Part shown: piece after piece, positions 1 through 12,630 of the stretch
Numbering within the stretch: position 1 is the first letter of the stretch
Layout of the letters: each line of letters starts with the position of its first letter
NCBI GenBank assembly: GCA_026770705.1
Contig: JANJGN010000021.1
Span: forward strand, 90,520,001-90,584,000
From: Isurus oxyrinchus
Lineage: Eukaryota
Length of the DNA: 64,000 nt
Direction of reading: 5' to 3'
Notes under the pieces: model-generated
What the model saw: the letters and a program-made list of their open reading frames with translations, nothing else
Databases searched by the model: none
Told to the model about the DNA's origin: nothing
Made by a program: the position numbers and the translations under genes

Positions 1-1074
1 TATTTCCAGTGATGATCACTGAAACTATTGTCTCAACTAAAGGGACTGATTCCTTCTCTTCCATTCTTTATTTACAAGATATTCAAGATCCCCTTATAGT
101 CTGAAAGAACTCTTAGGTTTCTGGCAGAAATGCGAAATTTAGCTACTACCAACTAAACATATTTTATGCTGTGAGAATGCAATCCTCACATAGAGCCATC
201 AACTCTAACCTTCCTGGTCGCGCGCTTTCCATGTATTTTGCAGTTTAATATTTTCTACTATGACTATGTCAACCTCTGTACGAAATCCTGATAGAATCAG
301 TGTTAAGAGCTATTAGGAAAGCACACCACTAAATCATCCTAGGAGCATCGTAATGTAAATGCGCATGCGCCTTGATAATATAATATCGACACAAATGAGT
401 GTCATAACATGAGTAATATTTGTGCTGGGATTGGGACTAAAAGGGAATGCTAACCGATTATTTCTCAGCAAACTCCGCGATTACTTCTCTCAAACTAACA
501 GTAATAACAGTATAACTTTCAATCGCATGAGCGCGGGTATCATGAAGTTGCGTTTGTAAGTCAGAGATTCAATTCAGGAAGCACTGAAGTCCAGTTCTCC
601 GTGCTCCACGTCCGGCACATCTGGTGACCATGGAATTCTCCAGAATTTCGACTTTTCCCAAATCACTTTTGCAAAGACACTTGTGCAATCAGCTAAGTGC
701 GTTTTCTGCAAAAATGTGGTTATGGTGTTGGAAAGAGATTATAATCGGCCCTATATGAAGAGTGAGCAATTGATTGCTTAGTAAGTTTTCCATTATGTCC
801 CAAAAACTGGAAGAGTAGGTCCGCTTTTACATTCACCCGTGTGCAAGACCCATTTTCAATCTACTGTAAATATAAAAATGCGATTTTGTTTTGCTTTCTT
901 CATTGGCATTTCATACGGTAGCTACAGTATGATAATTGTTTGGCTGCTTCGGAAACTTCTGATATCACTACAAATCCATGCTGTGACTGTCCACCAAAAA
1001 GGTTTCAATTGGTTGCAGTATGATTGCAGAAAGATAGGGCTGGTACTTTTCTAGAATGATCATTGGATGTCTCA

Positions 1075-3092
1075 ATTAGGCCTACGTTAATGTTTGCAAG
1101 CTTCTTCAATGACCAAACAAAGGGATTAATTTATGTCCACCTGTACTGCAACACGGGCATTGTGATTCCATGTCCACTGCATGTTTAGTGAATAAGCTGC
1201 AGGAAAATAAGTTGTTAGAGCAACTTATCAGGCACCGTGCAAATCAGTATGTTTCTGTTCTCTGCTGGTCTGATACTTCCGAGTATGCAGCAACTATAGA
1301 CCCCACTGCATGCTACGATTCTCCAAACCAAATGCTGCATCGAATGTCTTCTAAGATTTCGCGCTTTTGGCTGTTAAAGAATTGAACAATGCAGCGACCA
1401 CCGTGGAAGTGTTTCGAAGTGGATAAGAGTTTTGGGTAGTGAGTCCTCTTCACCTGTTGTATTATGGTAAGTTTGAATATCTAACATTTCATTGAATTTT
1501 AGTGAATACATGTCTGTAGGAGTGAGAGTGTGAATGGGTGAATGGTTGACTGGGTGCATGAGGGAGTGGGTAACGTGCTGATCAATGTAGGCAGTTAATT
1601 TGGTGAGGAAGGTAAATGGTAATCATGGTTCTGGTGGATGAGCTGGTTAGATTCATGAGGTGGTTGAGTGGTTAGCGTTAGTGTGTAGATGGTTTGAAGA
1701 AGGGGAATGTTTTGGGCAGGTGGGTGAATGGGTTTGGTGGGTGGCTAAGTCGGATGGGCGTTGTAGTTGTTTTGATGTGTGATGTGGTAGTTGTGTGTGG
1801 TGCGTGGCTGGTGAGGGGAATGTGCTTGAGGTGGCTGGTAGGTAGTTGTTGGATCAGGAGTGTAGTTGAGCACCTGTGTAGATGGGTGAGAGATCAGGTT
1901 AGTAACTGCGTGCCATGGATAACTTGGTGAAGTGGGTACGTGAGTAAGCGGTCTGGTTGCCCTTTTGTAGTTGGATTGATTAAGGGTGAAAAATGGTATG
2001 CTCTGAGGTAGTCATGTCGCATTTAATATGGGTCAGCAGGAGGGGCTCATGTCTGCTGTGGGGGTTAGATGGATACTCGGGCAGTTCGCGTTGTGTGAGA
2101 GGGCCTGATCTTATCTTGATGGGTGGTCAGGGGATAGTTAGTTCAAGTTAGAGAGGTAGTCGAGAGGTCATGTTTAGTTGGGTCGGGTTCAGGTTTAGTT
2201 GTGCGATCAGATAGATGCGTTGTGTCCGAGGTATCCGGGAGGCCCTGGGTAATAATGGGGTCTGGTGGTCGGGTGGCAGTGAGATCGTGCTGGGGTTAGT
2301 TAAGTCCAGAGATGGGAAGCTGAGTTGTTCCTCAAGTGGGTAGCATGGTCGAAGGATAGTCGTGTGCTTGGTGGTAGTTGGGTTTGGTAGATGATGAGTA
2401 GTTCTGCACTCAATTGTACTGGGACTTCATTGAGATGTAATCGTGTGGCCGGAGGGGATACACTGGTCCACTCGGTGAACAGATGATGGTGTAGGCGTGT
2501 GGTCGGGTGGTAGTCGGCTCGAGCTTTACTTGATTGGGTTGTTTTGTAGTCAGGTCAGTGGTATAGTGTGGGTCGGGAGTCGTTGGGTCAGCAGCAGTTG
2601 TGATGGTTTGGAATTAGGTGTGGCATAGCTGAGTCATGGCGGCGGGTAGCCGGGCTGGGTTGAATGGTTAATCGGGTGCTGCCAAGTGCAGTTGTGTGGT
2701 CAGTGAGGTAGCAGTGTATTTCGGGAAGGCTAGTCCAGTGGCGGGGTGTAGTTGGAAGTTTGGGGGTAGCAGGGTCCTCGGGAGTACTTAGACGACCAGT
2801 CAGTAATGAGGGGTGAGTCCGTTGTTGAGTTAACCAGGCGTTAGGCATGATTTTGAACTACCTAACGTTTCCTGGGTGACTAAACAAGTAAGTGCCTCAA
2901 CTCTCTCCTATGTCACTAACTCCATCTCAGAGTCTGAGATATTCTCATAGAGCCCCGGGAGTAAAGAGTTTTGCATCACCAGTTTTAAATCTGGCAATTA
3001 TAATGTAGGTTCACTTGTCAGGACTAACATGGAGTCCTGACGCATACCTTCTGACCTACGTCCGATCATTCCGACATCGGAAGATTTGGGCC
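1075..3092 (+). mobile_element. Putative non-autonomous DNA element with a long G/T-rich internal tract
   Basis: About 1.3 kb strand-biased GGT/GTT tract (1500-2830); ends gaagatttgggcc; same layout as 39545-40685; left boundary uncertain. Confidence 0.45.
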
Positions 3093-4969
3093 ACTGCTGT
3101 GTGAGGTCTGTCATGGTAATCTTACTGCTAAAATATTGGAAGGCCGACAGTGTATCTTGTCGTTACCATTTTCCGAATATCTGAGTTCACGTGGAAGTTA
3201 ATAACATCAGAGAAATTAGAACCTAGCATCCCTGATGGAATATGTTTGCTCTTCTTAAGTGATGCTTGGATATTTCTCTGTCTTTGTTGCATTGCTATGA
3301 AGGGCTGAAATTCCCATACTCCTCAGTGTTTGAGGAATCATAAGGCCTTAGAATAGAGTTGTCCCCTCGCCCATTGAACGGGTGCTGTACACTTCTGCTC
3401 TGCCACTCAAAAGTGGAAATTTAGAAATATGCATCATTTTTCTTCTACAGAAGGACAGACATGTTTTGATTCCCAGATACACTTTCCATTGTCCTCTGCA
3501 TGAATAATGTGAACTTTTACTTGGTAGTGGCAGACTGTTTTACTTTATCCACACTGAGCATAACATTCTCCATGTAGCCATTATGCTGTGATACGGAGAA
3601 CATAAGAGGAAGTACATACCTGAAAAAGACTGAAATCCATACATCTGAGAATATTTCCTTTTTTTGCAAATTGCAATATGCGTGAGTGTCTTGTCTTAGT
3701 GCTAGAACAAAAACCTCTTAGCATTGTGCAGGGCTAAGCTAGTTAAATAAGGAAATACCTTATCCAAGAAATGACTGAAATTGTCAACCCACGAGCAGAA
3801 TATCCAAATAATACCCGTCAAATTTATTCTGATCAATAAAGATTGTTCACAATAAAGGTAAAAAAAAACAGAAATGCTTTTCCTTGATTTATGAATTGCC
3901 ACTTGCACTGTACAGAAAAAATAATATGGTCAGTTTTATTTTTTTCTCTCAGAGCTGCGAAAATTCCAATTAGGACGGGTGATAGCCTGCAACGAGGAGC
4001 TGACAATCAATAGACTCAGCTGCGCCACCTCAATTAGCGTCCATTGATGGAGGATGAGACAGCAAGGATGGCTAGGTGTCCTGGAAAGACAGATAAGTGG
4101 GGACTGCGTAACTTTTTGCCGGGCAACAGGTGCTGGTGATTTCGGGTTTGGATGGGGTTTGGTGACCCTTAGGGCAGGCATGGCCATTTCAACCAAATGG
4201 CCCTCAGTGGAGCATGAAGTTCAAAAAAATGGGGATTCCTTTCTGAAAACTGACTGCATATGTGCCGCTGGAAAACTTGTCATAAAGGCAGGAAAATGGT
4301 CGCAATTTACTTGTCAGTTGCTTCAGCCTTGTTTCGACTTTATGGCCAATCATCCAGTTTCCCTGCCGCTGGAAATATGACATGGTGGTGGAAAGAATTT
4401 AACCAAGCCTCCGGAAGCCAATGCCCCCACTGAATTAATTTTGCCAGCATCATTACTTTAAAGGCTGCAAAAAATCCTGGCACTAATTTCCGATTGTGTT
4501 TATATTACCTGCGAAAGGTTACTGTCAATTGTCTTTGCCATCGTCATTTAGGGCTGTCAAGCCTTATGCCTTTATTGATTAAACAAGAGTGAGGCCATAT
4601 GTGTTGCCTGATCACCTCTCAATGGAAGAAATATTAATGCTTTTATCAGCTGTTACATGAAAGCAACTTGCATGAATTTGGAGCTTGGGTTTAAATTGGA
4701 CTTTACGCCTGATACAAAGCAACAAAGATCGCAAAAAAGAAAATGTGTGCAAGAAGGATATCACAGAGGCTTCTTAATAAAGTCCGAAGAGAAAAGGGCT
4801 GTCTTGTATGTTGCGTCTTCTTCGTCTGTGTCCATTTTACTAACTTCAGTGGAAACAGCAAATGGGGTGTGAAAGCAAGTAAGCAAGTGAACTGCAGATT
4901 CGAAACAGTCTGTCAGGAAACAAATTGATAGATTGATTCTCATAAGCATCCTATTTTATTTTTTTCCAG

Positions 4970-5005
4970 AAATTAAATCATTGAAAACTGCTTTAAAACA
5001 TGCGG
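4970..5005 (+). CDS. 36-nt symmetric phase-1 micro-exon, (E)IKSLKTALKHA
   Basis: Acceptor ttttatttttttccag, donor CGG|gtgagg; 36 nt and open in the phase-1 frame; amphipathic peptide. Confidence 0.75.
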
Positions 5006-5869
5006 GTGAGGGAATCACAATATATTATACTTTCATGAGCATTTTCTGACAAAAGAAAAATAAACATTATTTTCAGTACACAACCCAACTTGAACATCAC
5101 ATGTTATTTTCAATGTAGAAAAATGCTTGAACTCTGCAAAGTGCAGCTCTGCAAATGTTGAGAATTTTCAAGGAGTCTAAGTTGGGTTTGATAAAGGATT
5201 CTGAATTATTTCTTTAGTCAATTAAATCGAAACACGCTTTTTAAATTTGTGTCCCTTTATTTCATGTTGATGGAGCTTCAAGAGTTGGTTCTGGGATTTA
5301 TATAGCCTAAACAGGGTATCAATTCTGATAACATTCCCTTATCTTAATATTATTCGTAGATTCCGTTTTTGCCTTGGGGTTTATAGAGCTATCCAAACTC
5401 TTAAAAAAAATGGCAATTTGTTTGCTGCGGAATACTCTTTAGATTCTGTGAAGTATTCCCCTGAACTTTTAGACAGCCCATCAAGACAACAAAATAGTAA
5501 CACGTGTTGCATTTGTGTTTCATTTTGGCATATTGAACGTCCTATGAGCTTTAACAAAAATAACTAAAATGAGAGCATAATAGACTAGTATACATTTAGC
5601 AGATAACCAAAACCATGTGCAAACAGATTTGTTTAATCGAGATCTTTGAATTTAGAAGGCAGTTGTGTTGTGTAAAGGAGAAAGGATGCAACCTGAACTT
5701 ATTCTGTGAGCACCCGAATACAAGGCCATCAATTTTCGGCGTCAAATAATTAGAGTACAGATATTTTGAAGAGTTAGGCTGAGGAAGATAAGTACGATTG
5801 GAAGTTACGTGACCATTACCGTGCTTCAAAAAGTAATGGGTTTATTCAAGCTCAGGTGTTGCATATACA

Positions 5870-7010
5870 CAAGACATGGGACACAATCAGGCAAAGTTCT
5901 GTGGGAGAATATAACTTGATCCAAGTTAGGACAGGCGATGCGGAATTTTTATTACTTCAAGCTAATAGCGGATACAATCTTGAAACCTTCCATGACTTCA
6001 TTGGAGTAGCCAAGTCTGGAGAAAACAAAGTATTGATAAGAGCTTCAGGAACATGTGAGGCAGGAGCCGTATCATGTTATGCCAAGCAATGGACACTAAA
6101 CCAAAGACCTTTGCAAAATAACAATAGGAACGTCCATAAGTCTCTAATCATAATCATAACTCGAGATCCAGGTCCATAGGAAATTAATCCATAAAATATT
6201 TATGGTGAAATACATATCACATAAAATACATTCAGTAACTTAATTCCCATCAGTGATATGCTCACCCTGATGCTTGGTGTAGATTTGGATCTTCTAGATC
6301 AACCTTTGATATGGCCTTGTTGCCACAAAGAAATCCAACAAAAATGACGAGACTAAGGCCATGAATCAGCCACTGCATTCTCGTCATACAGATTTGGGAG
6401 GGAAGCGAGCTCACGACTGAATTAAAACATGACAATTGTAATTATCTCCAAACTGTAAGAACTACCATTCTTTGGAAATTTCGGATTTATTTCCCGTTTT
6501 GTCGGAGCACGGAAAATCCTGACATGCATCCTCCTGGATTTACTACTTCCTGTGACTGATGAATACCTCCCAGGGACAAAATGTGGCTTCGAGCCTTGAG
6601 GATGAGCCTCTGGCATCATCTTTGTTGCCAGAAACACCCAAGACGGCTGTTATGAACAACAGAAAGAACTCTTCGTTCTGTCGATTGACTTGGCCAATCC
6701 ATTTTTTTCAGTAAATTAACACACTCTGTGGACTAAGCTCTATGCATTTGGATGTTCAAGGAAATTCATCACAATCCTGCTTCACGATGGGGTGACTGCA
6801 CCTCTTTTGAGTGGGAGATCTGAAACACTCACTTTGAAAACACGCAGGTCTGTCATGCTGGACTGTGTGATAACCACCATGCTATTTACCATCTATCTAA
6901 TAGTAGATATTCACCTCACTAATGATCTCTGGTGTGATTACGAAATGCAGCTAGGTGGAAAGGTAGCCCCCTTGCCAATACCAACCTAACAACCGTAGAC
7001 ACACATGATG
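5870..7010 (+). mobile_element. Decayed RTE-clade LINE reverse transcriptase fragment
   Basis: Translations IFVAR..EQQKELFV, FGCSRKFITILLHD and SVMLDCVITTMLFTIYL resemble RTE RT motifs (GVKQGCVIAPTLFSIY). Confidence 0.65.
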
Positions 7011-7119
7011 TATAGAATGCCCAAATAGACACTGTTTTTCTGCAATATTCAAGAGGTTTGCAAGACCTACTCATTCTCTTCAATTCTGTGTGCAATAAAT
7101 GTAGCTGTCCTTGAATAAA

Positions 7120-8270
7120 ATATAGAAACATAGAAAAATTTAAACCAGGAGCAGCATTAGGTCATTTGGCCTTTGCGCCATCTCTGCCATTCAATATGAT
7201 CATGGCTGATCCTTTATCTCAATGTCATATGCACACTTTTGCTCCATATCCCTTGCTGCCACTAAAACCTAAAAGGAAATCAATTTCTTTCTTGAATACA
7301 CTCAATGACCTGGCATCCATAGCGTTCTGCGGTAGAGAATTGAATAGGCAGACCATACTCAGAGGAAATGTTCCCTCAACTGAGCCTAAGCAACCTTCAC
7401 CATATCCTGAGACCGTGGCACCTGGCTATACACTCTCCAACCAGGGAAACTTTCTCCCTGCATCCAGTCTGTCTAGCATTGTTAGAATATCTTTATATTC
7501 AATTAGATCCCCTCGCATTCTTCTGAACTCTAAATAATACAGGCCCAGTCGAACCAATCTTTCCTCATATGACAGATCTGCCATCCCTGATATCAGCCTA
7601 ATGAACGTTCGTTGTACTCCCACTATGGCGGGTAGATATTTTATGAGGTAGCGGGGGCAAAACTACACACAGTTCTCCAGGTGTGGTCTCAACAAGGACC
7701 TGTACAACATCAGTAAGACATCCCTACATCTGAACTAAAATCCTTTTGCAATGAAGGCCAACATACCGCTTGGCTAAAAGACAGATATGCTGGAAAAACT
7801 CAGCTGGCCTGACAGCATTGGTGGAAAGAAATAGAGAATTAACGTATCGAGTCCGTATGACTTCTTCAGAGCCACTTGGCTTCCCAATTGCTTGATAAAC
7901 CTGCCTATTTAGTTTCATTGACTGGTGTACAAGGACACCCAGATCCATTGTGCATCCACATTTCTCAATGTATCAACATTTAGATATTGCTCTGCCTTTC
8001 TGTTTTTTACACCGATGCATATAACTTCACATTTCTGCATGTTATACTGCATCTGCCAAGTGTTTGCCCTCACGCACAAATTGTCTAAATCGTCCTGAAG
8101 CCTCCTTGCATTCTCAAGACATTTCACAACCCAGCCCAATTTTCTGTCGTCAGAAAACTTCGAAATATTGGATTTGGTTCCCTCATCCAATTCATTTATA
8201 TATATCGTATGTAACTGGGGCACAAGTGCTGATCCCTGTGGTACACCACTAGAAACCACCTACCATCCAG
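7120..8270 (-). mobile_element. CR1 LINE 3' fragment (RT to 3' tail)
   Basis: VSSGVPQGSALVPQLHTIYINELDEG..KFSDDRKLG; LSYEERLVRLGLYYLEFRRMRGDLIE; ttctat-type tail at ~7125. Confidence 0.92.
7776..7871 (-). mobile_element. 96-bp Penelope-associated hammerhead-type short element inserted in CR1
   Basis: Flanked by ccgcttggct (7766-7775) and ccacttggct (7872-7881); minus strand reads ctgaagaagtcatacggactcgatacgtta. Confidence 0.7.
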
Positions 8271-8279
8271 AAAAAGGCA

Positions 8280-11200
8280 CATCACATTTGGTTCTTTTGC
8301 AAATCACGTTAAATCATTGCCCTCTCATTCTTGATCCTTTATGAGAGGGAACAGTTTCTCCTTATCTTCTCTGTCCAGCCACCTCATGATTTTGAATATC
8401 TCTATCAAATTTCCTCTTAGCCGCCTTGTCTCTTGGGAGAACAGTCCCAAACTCTACAATTATTATAACGGAAGTTTCTAATCCCTGGAGCCATTCTTGC
8501 AAACCACCTCTGCATTCTTTCCAACACGTTCACATCCTTCCTACAATGTGGCGCTCAGAAATATTCAATATACTTCTACTAAGGTCTAACGAGAGTCTTA
8601 TATAAAGTCAGCATAAATTCACTGTGCTTCTATTCGTTCTCACTATTAATAATTGCCAGGATAGTAAAAGCTTTGTTAATTGCTCTTTCCACTTTCTTTC
8701 CCACGTTTAATCATTTATGCACACATACATCCAAATCTTTCTGCTCCGCCATCCACTTCAAAATGTCGCCCTTCTTTTTTCATTTTGTGCCCATGTTCTT
8801 CCAACCAAAAGGTTTCACCTCACACTTCTCGGAATTGAAACTCAGCTGGCACGAACTTGCCCACTCCACCAACTTGACTGTGTCCTTAGGACCTTCTGCA
8901 ACGCCCTACTCGCAGTTTGCACCAGCCCCAGGCTTCGCACATTCTGCAAACTTTGAAACATTCCACTGCACACCGATATTTTGATTATTAATATGTATCA
9001 GGGAAAGCAAGGGCCCCAATACCGACCCCTGGCTTACTCCATTATAATCGTTCTTCCGGTCAAAACAATATTCATTGAACACTACTCTCTGCTGCCCATA
9101 TTTCAGACAATTTTCTATCCACATTGCCATTATCTCTTTTATTTCATGAGCAATAAAATTTCTCACAATTATATTGTGTTCTACTGTATTAAATCACTTT
9201 TGAAAGTCCATGTACACCACATCAACAGCATTATACTCAAAGAACTGTACTGTATCCTCTTCGACTAACTCCATCAAGATAGGTAAACGTGATTTCCCCT
9301 TTAGAAATCCATGCTGGGTCTTCCTTATCAACCTACATTTTTCTATTTGAATACTACTTTTATCCTGAATAATTGTTTCTAGAATCTTGTCCACCACTGA
9401 AGTTGAACTGACCGATATGTATTTGCTGGGCTTATACTTGCAATTATTTTGAACAAGGGCTTCCTCTGGTACCTCTCATAAGTGTAGGGGCGAGTGAAAA
9501 ATTATGGACAGTGTCCCTGCAATTCCCATTCTCACTTCCTTCAATGGCCTTGGAAGAACCTCGAATGGTCCCAGTGCCTTGTCAACTTTAAGCACCAACA
9601 GTCTCTTCAACACTTCCTGTGTATCAATTTTGAAACCTTCTACTGACAGAATTTCCTGATCCTTCATCATGCCCTGGGTAGCATCTACCTCCTTTTAAAA
9701 GACTGGTGCAAAATATTCATTTAATAGCTCAGCCATGGCACCTTCGTCCATGTGTAAATTCCCTCATAGGTCCCTAATCGGCCTTACTCCTCCTATTACC
9801 ATTTGAACTATTCATATTCTTTTAAAAGACTTTGGGATTCCCTTTTATGTTTGCTTCCAGTATTTTGCCATAATCCTCTTCGTTTCTCTAAAACGTCTTT
9901 TCACCTACCTTCTGAAGCTGTCTATTCCTCGTGGTTCTCAATTGTATTTTCTACCTAATACCTGTCATAAGCACACGTTTTCTTCTTTATTTTAATTGCT
10001 ATCTCAGTTTTCATCCAGCGAGCTCTGGATTTGCTTGTCCATACTTTCCCTTTCAATAAACCGTGCCCAAAGCGATTCTTTTTTTGAAGATAGCCCATTG
10101 TTCAGCTATAGTTTTCCCATCAATCTTTTGTTGCACTCTACCTGCCGCGGCGCCGTTCTTGCCCCATCAAAGTCGGCTCTGGTCCAGTTAATTATTCATA
10201 CTTTGGATCACATATCGCGCATTCCTATCATCATCCTAATACGTACGACACAATTATCATTGTGTCCAAAGTGTTCCCCCGCCTATACTTGATATACTTG
10301 GCCCATCTGCTTTCCAAGAAACAGCTCCACAGTGCTACCATTCTTATTGGTTAGGGACACAATGATGTAGAAAGATCACCTCAACACAGTCTAGGAATCT
10401 CTTCCCCCCCTACGCCTTTTACACTACCACTGCCCCAGCCTATGTTCAGGTACTTAAAGTTTACCTTTTAACTATTCAAAATGGCTTGCATCTCTCTGCA
10501 ATTTCTCCAGAATTGTTCTCCTATGTGCTTCTCATGAGTTGTTGGGCTTTGGACTACACGTAGCAATGTAATTGCACTCTATTTGGACCTTAGCCCTAGC
10601 CAAATTGATTCTGTTCTTGAACCCTTTGGGACACCCTCCTTCTTCGGCACTCCAATGCTCGCCTCATCAAATACCGCTGCTCCTACTCCGTTCCTATATT
10701 TTCTAAACAACTTGTGCCCAGGAATATTCAATACCGAGTTCTGCCCTTCCTTGAGCCAGGTATCTGTTATCGCCACAACATTATATTTCCACATCGAAAT
10801 CTGTGCCTCTAACTGCCCAATCTTACTTATTATACTCTGTGCATTCACATACGTGTATAGTAACCCTGAATTCATTTTGCTACTCTCTCCCTCACCGCGA
10901 TTTCACCTATTAACTCATTATTCTCTATTCAAACGATTTCTGTCTCTTCCAATATTTTGTGCATGTTTTCTCTTTGTTCCCACACCCTTGCTGAGTTCGT
11001 TTAAAGTCCTCCCAAAAACATTAACAAAACAGAACTAATTCCCACCTCTGTTCAGGTGCAACCTGCCCGGCTCGTACAAGTGCCATCTCCCTCTGATACA
11101 TTTCCACTATCACAGGAATTCCTGCTGCACTACCTTTCTAGCCAAGCACTCATATTCCTTACCCTCGTTTGTCTGTATTCTCTGGCACTCGGAGGAAGTC

Positions 11201-12110
11201 GGAAATTATTTTATGTGGTCCTGCTTGTTAGTTTTCTACCTAGCTCCCTGAATTCTGATTGCAGAACCATATCCCCCTTCCTACCCGTGCCATTGGTACC
11301 AATGTGGACCACGATCTCTGGCTATTCACTCTCTCTGAGTAGAATGTCCTGCAGCCGTTCTGTGACATCCTTGACTCTAGAGAGGCAACATACCATCCTG
11401 CAGCCACGTGTACGACCACAGAAACGCCTGGCTGTTCCCCTGAACAATGAAACCCCTTTCATTATTGCTCATCCTTTCTTCTTCCTCTCCTCCTGTACAG
11501 CTGAGCCCCTTGTGGTGCTACAACCTTGGCTCTTGCTGCCTCCTTGGAGGAATCAGCGCCGTCATCAGCATTCAAAACGGAAAACCGATTTTTGAACTGG
11601 GCCCAGGCTCCTGCACTATCTGCCAACTTCTCTTGGACTGGCTGGTGGTCAGCCATCAAGCCTCTATTCCAGACCCGTAAACTGGGGTGTGACCACCCCT
11701 ATGAACGAGTTATACACGTAGATTTCAGCATCGTAGATGCACCACAGTGACTCCAGGTGCCGCTGGAGCTCTGGACCCCGAGGTTCCAGTTGCTGCAGCT
11801 GGCAGCGCCTCCTGCACTTGTGGTCGTCTAGGAAGCATCCAAGACTTCATACATATAACAGGACAAGCATTCCACTCGACCGGGTCGCTCTGCCGTGTCT
11901 TTATTCTACTTGTCTTACGTTAACTTTATTCTACTTCGTATTATTTATATTACTTCATTATATTATCCCTAAATTTTCTGTACACTTGATGCTTCTCAGT
12001 TAAATCGAATTATAGCTACCTGTTTAAAACTATGTCACTTTTCTTACGTACTCACCAGGTCCTACTTACCAAGTCCTCCGCTCTGCTTTCTCCAGAAAGG
12101 TTGAAAAGAA
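8280..12110 (-). mobile_element. Near full-length decayed CR1 LINE (ORF1, APE endonuclease, RT)
   Basis: APE motif YVNAQSI..YNVVAITDTWL (10579-10875); RT motifs QHGFLKGKS, VDVVYMDFQK, GVSQGSVLGPLL; ORF1-like FKNRFSVL (11462-11659); frameshifts and stops. Confidence 0.9.
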
Positions 12111-12211
12111 AATGAGCACCTCCCCTCTCGTCACCACACTCCCTCAGTCAACTCTGCTCTCAAGATCTTGTCATTCCTCATGCTGCATTACAAGCGTTTC
12201 TGCTGCCCTCC

Positions 12212-12630
12212 AGATGTTGCTGACTGCCTGGCTCAGGGTCCCTCCCCCCCCCCCCCCCCCCCCCCACACCGTGCAACCTCCTCTAATTGCTGTTAGCTGC
12301 CTGTCCCAGGGCCCTCCTCTCGCCCTCTCCTTTGGGTGCTGCCGGCTACCTGGGTCAGGTCTTACTCTTGGAATCTCCTCTACATCTTTCTGACTGCCTG
12401 TCCCACGGTCCTCCCCTCACACTCTCTCCTAGGCATAGCTGACTGCCTCTCCCAGGGTTCTCCTGTCGTACTCTCCTCTGGGTGCATTAAGACTGTCTGT
12501 CCCGTGGGCCTCCTCTCGCACTGTCTCCTAGGTGCTGCTGAATGCTGGCTCGGGGTGCTCCTCTCGTGCTCTCCTCTAGGTGTTGCTGACTGCATGGCTC
12601 AGGGAACTCCTCCTGCACTCTCCTCCTTCA
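12212..12630. repeat. Degenerate ~49-bp minisatellite, about 8-9 units, with a poly-C run
   Basis: Recurring tgactgcctgtcccagggtcctcctctc..ctctcctctgggtgctgc at 12391, 12440, ~12490, 12539, 12587. Confidence 0.8.

Noticed and set aside
3953-3978. Strong acceptor with a 26-nt segment ending at gtgata
   Set aside because: Not a multiple of 3, weak donor, and at the edge of a GC-rich repeat
5473-5496. 24-nt phase-1 segment DSPSRQQN
   Set aside because: Donor ATA|gtaaca is too weak to call without transcript data
11056-11595. Longest ORF in the track (179 aa, + strand)
   Set aside because: It is the antisense frame of CR1 ORF1, not a gene
12212-12630. Regularly spaced repeats as a possible CRISPR array
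   Set aside because: Whole units are repeated with no unique spacers, there are no cas genes, and the context is vertebrate
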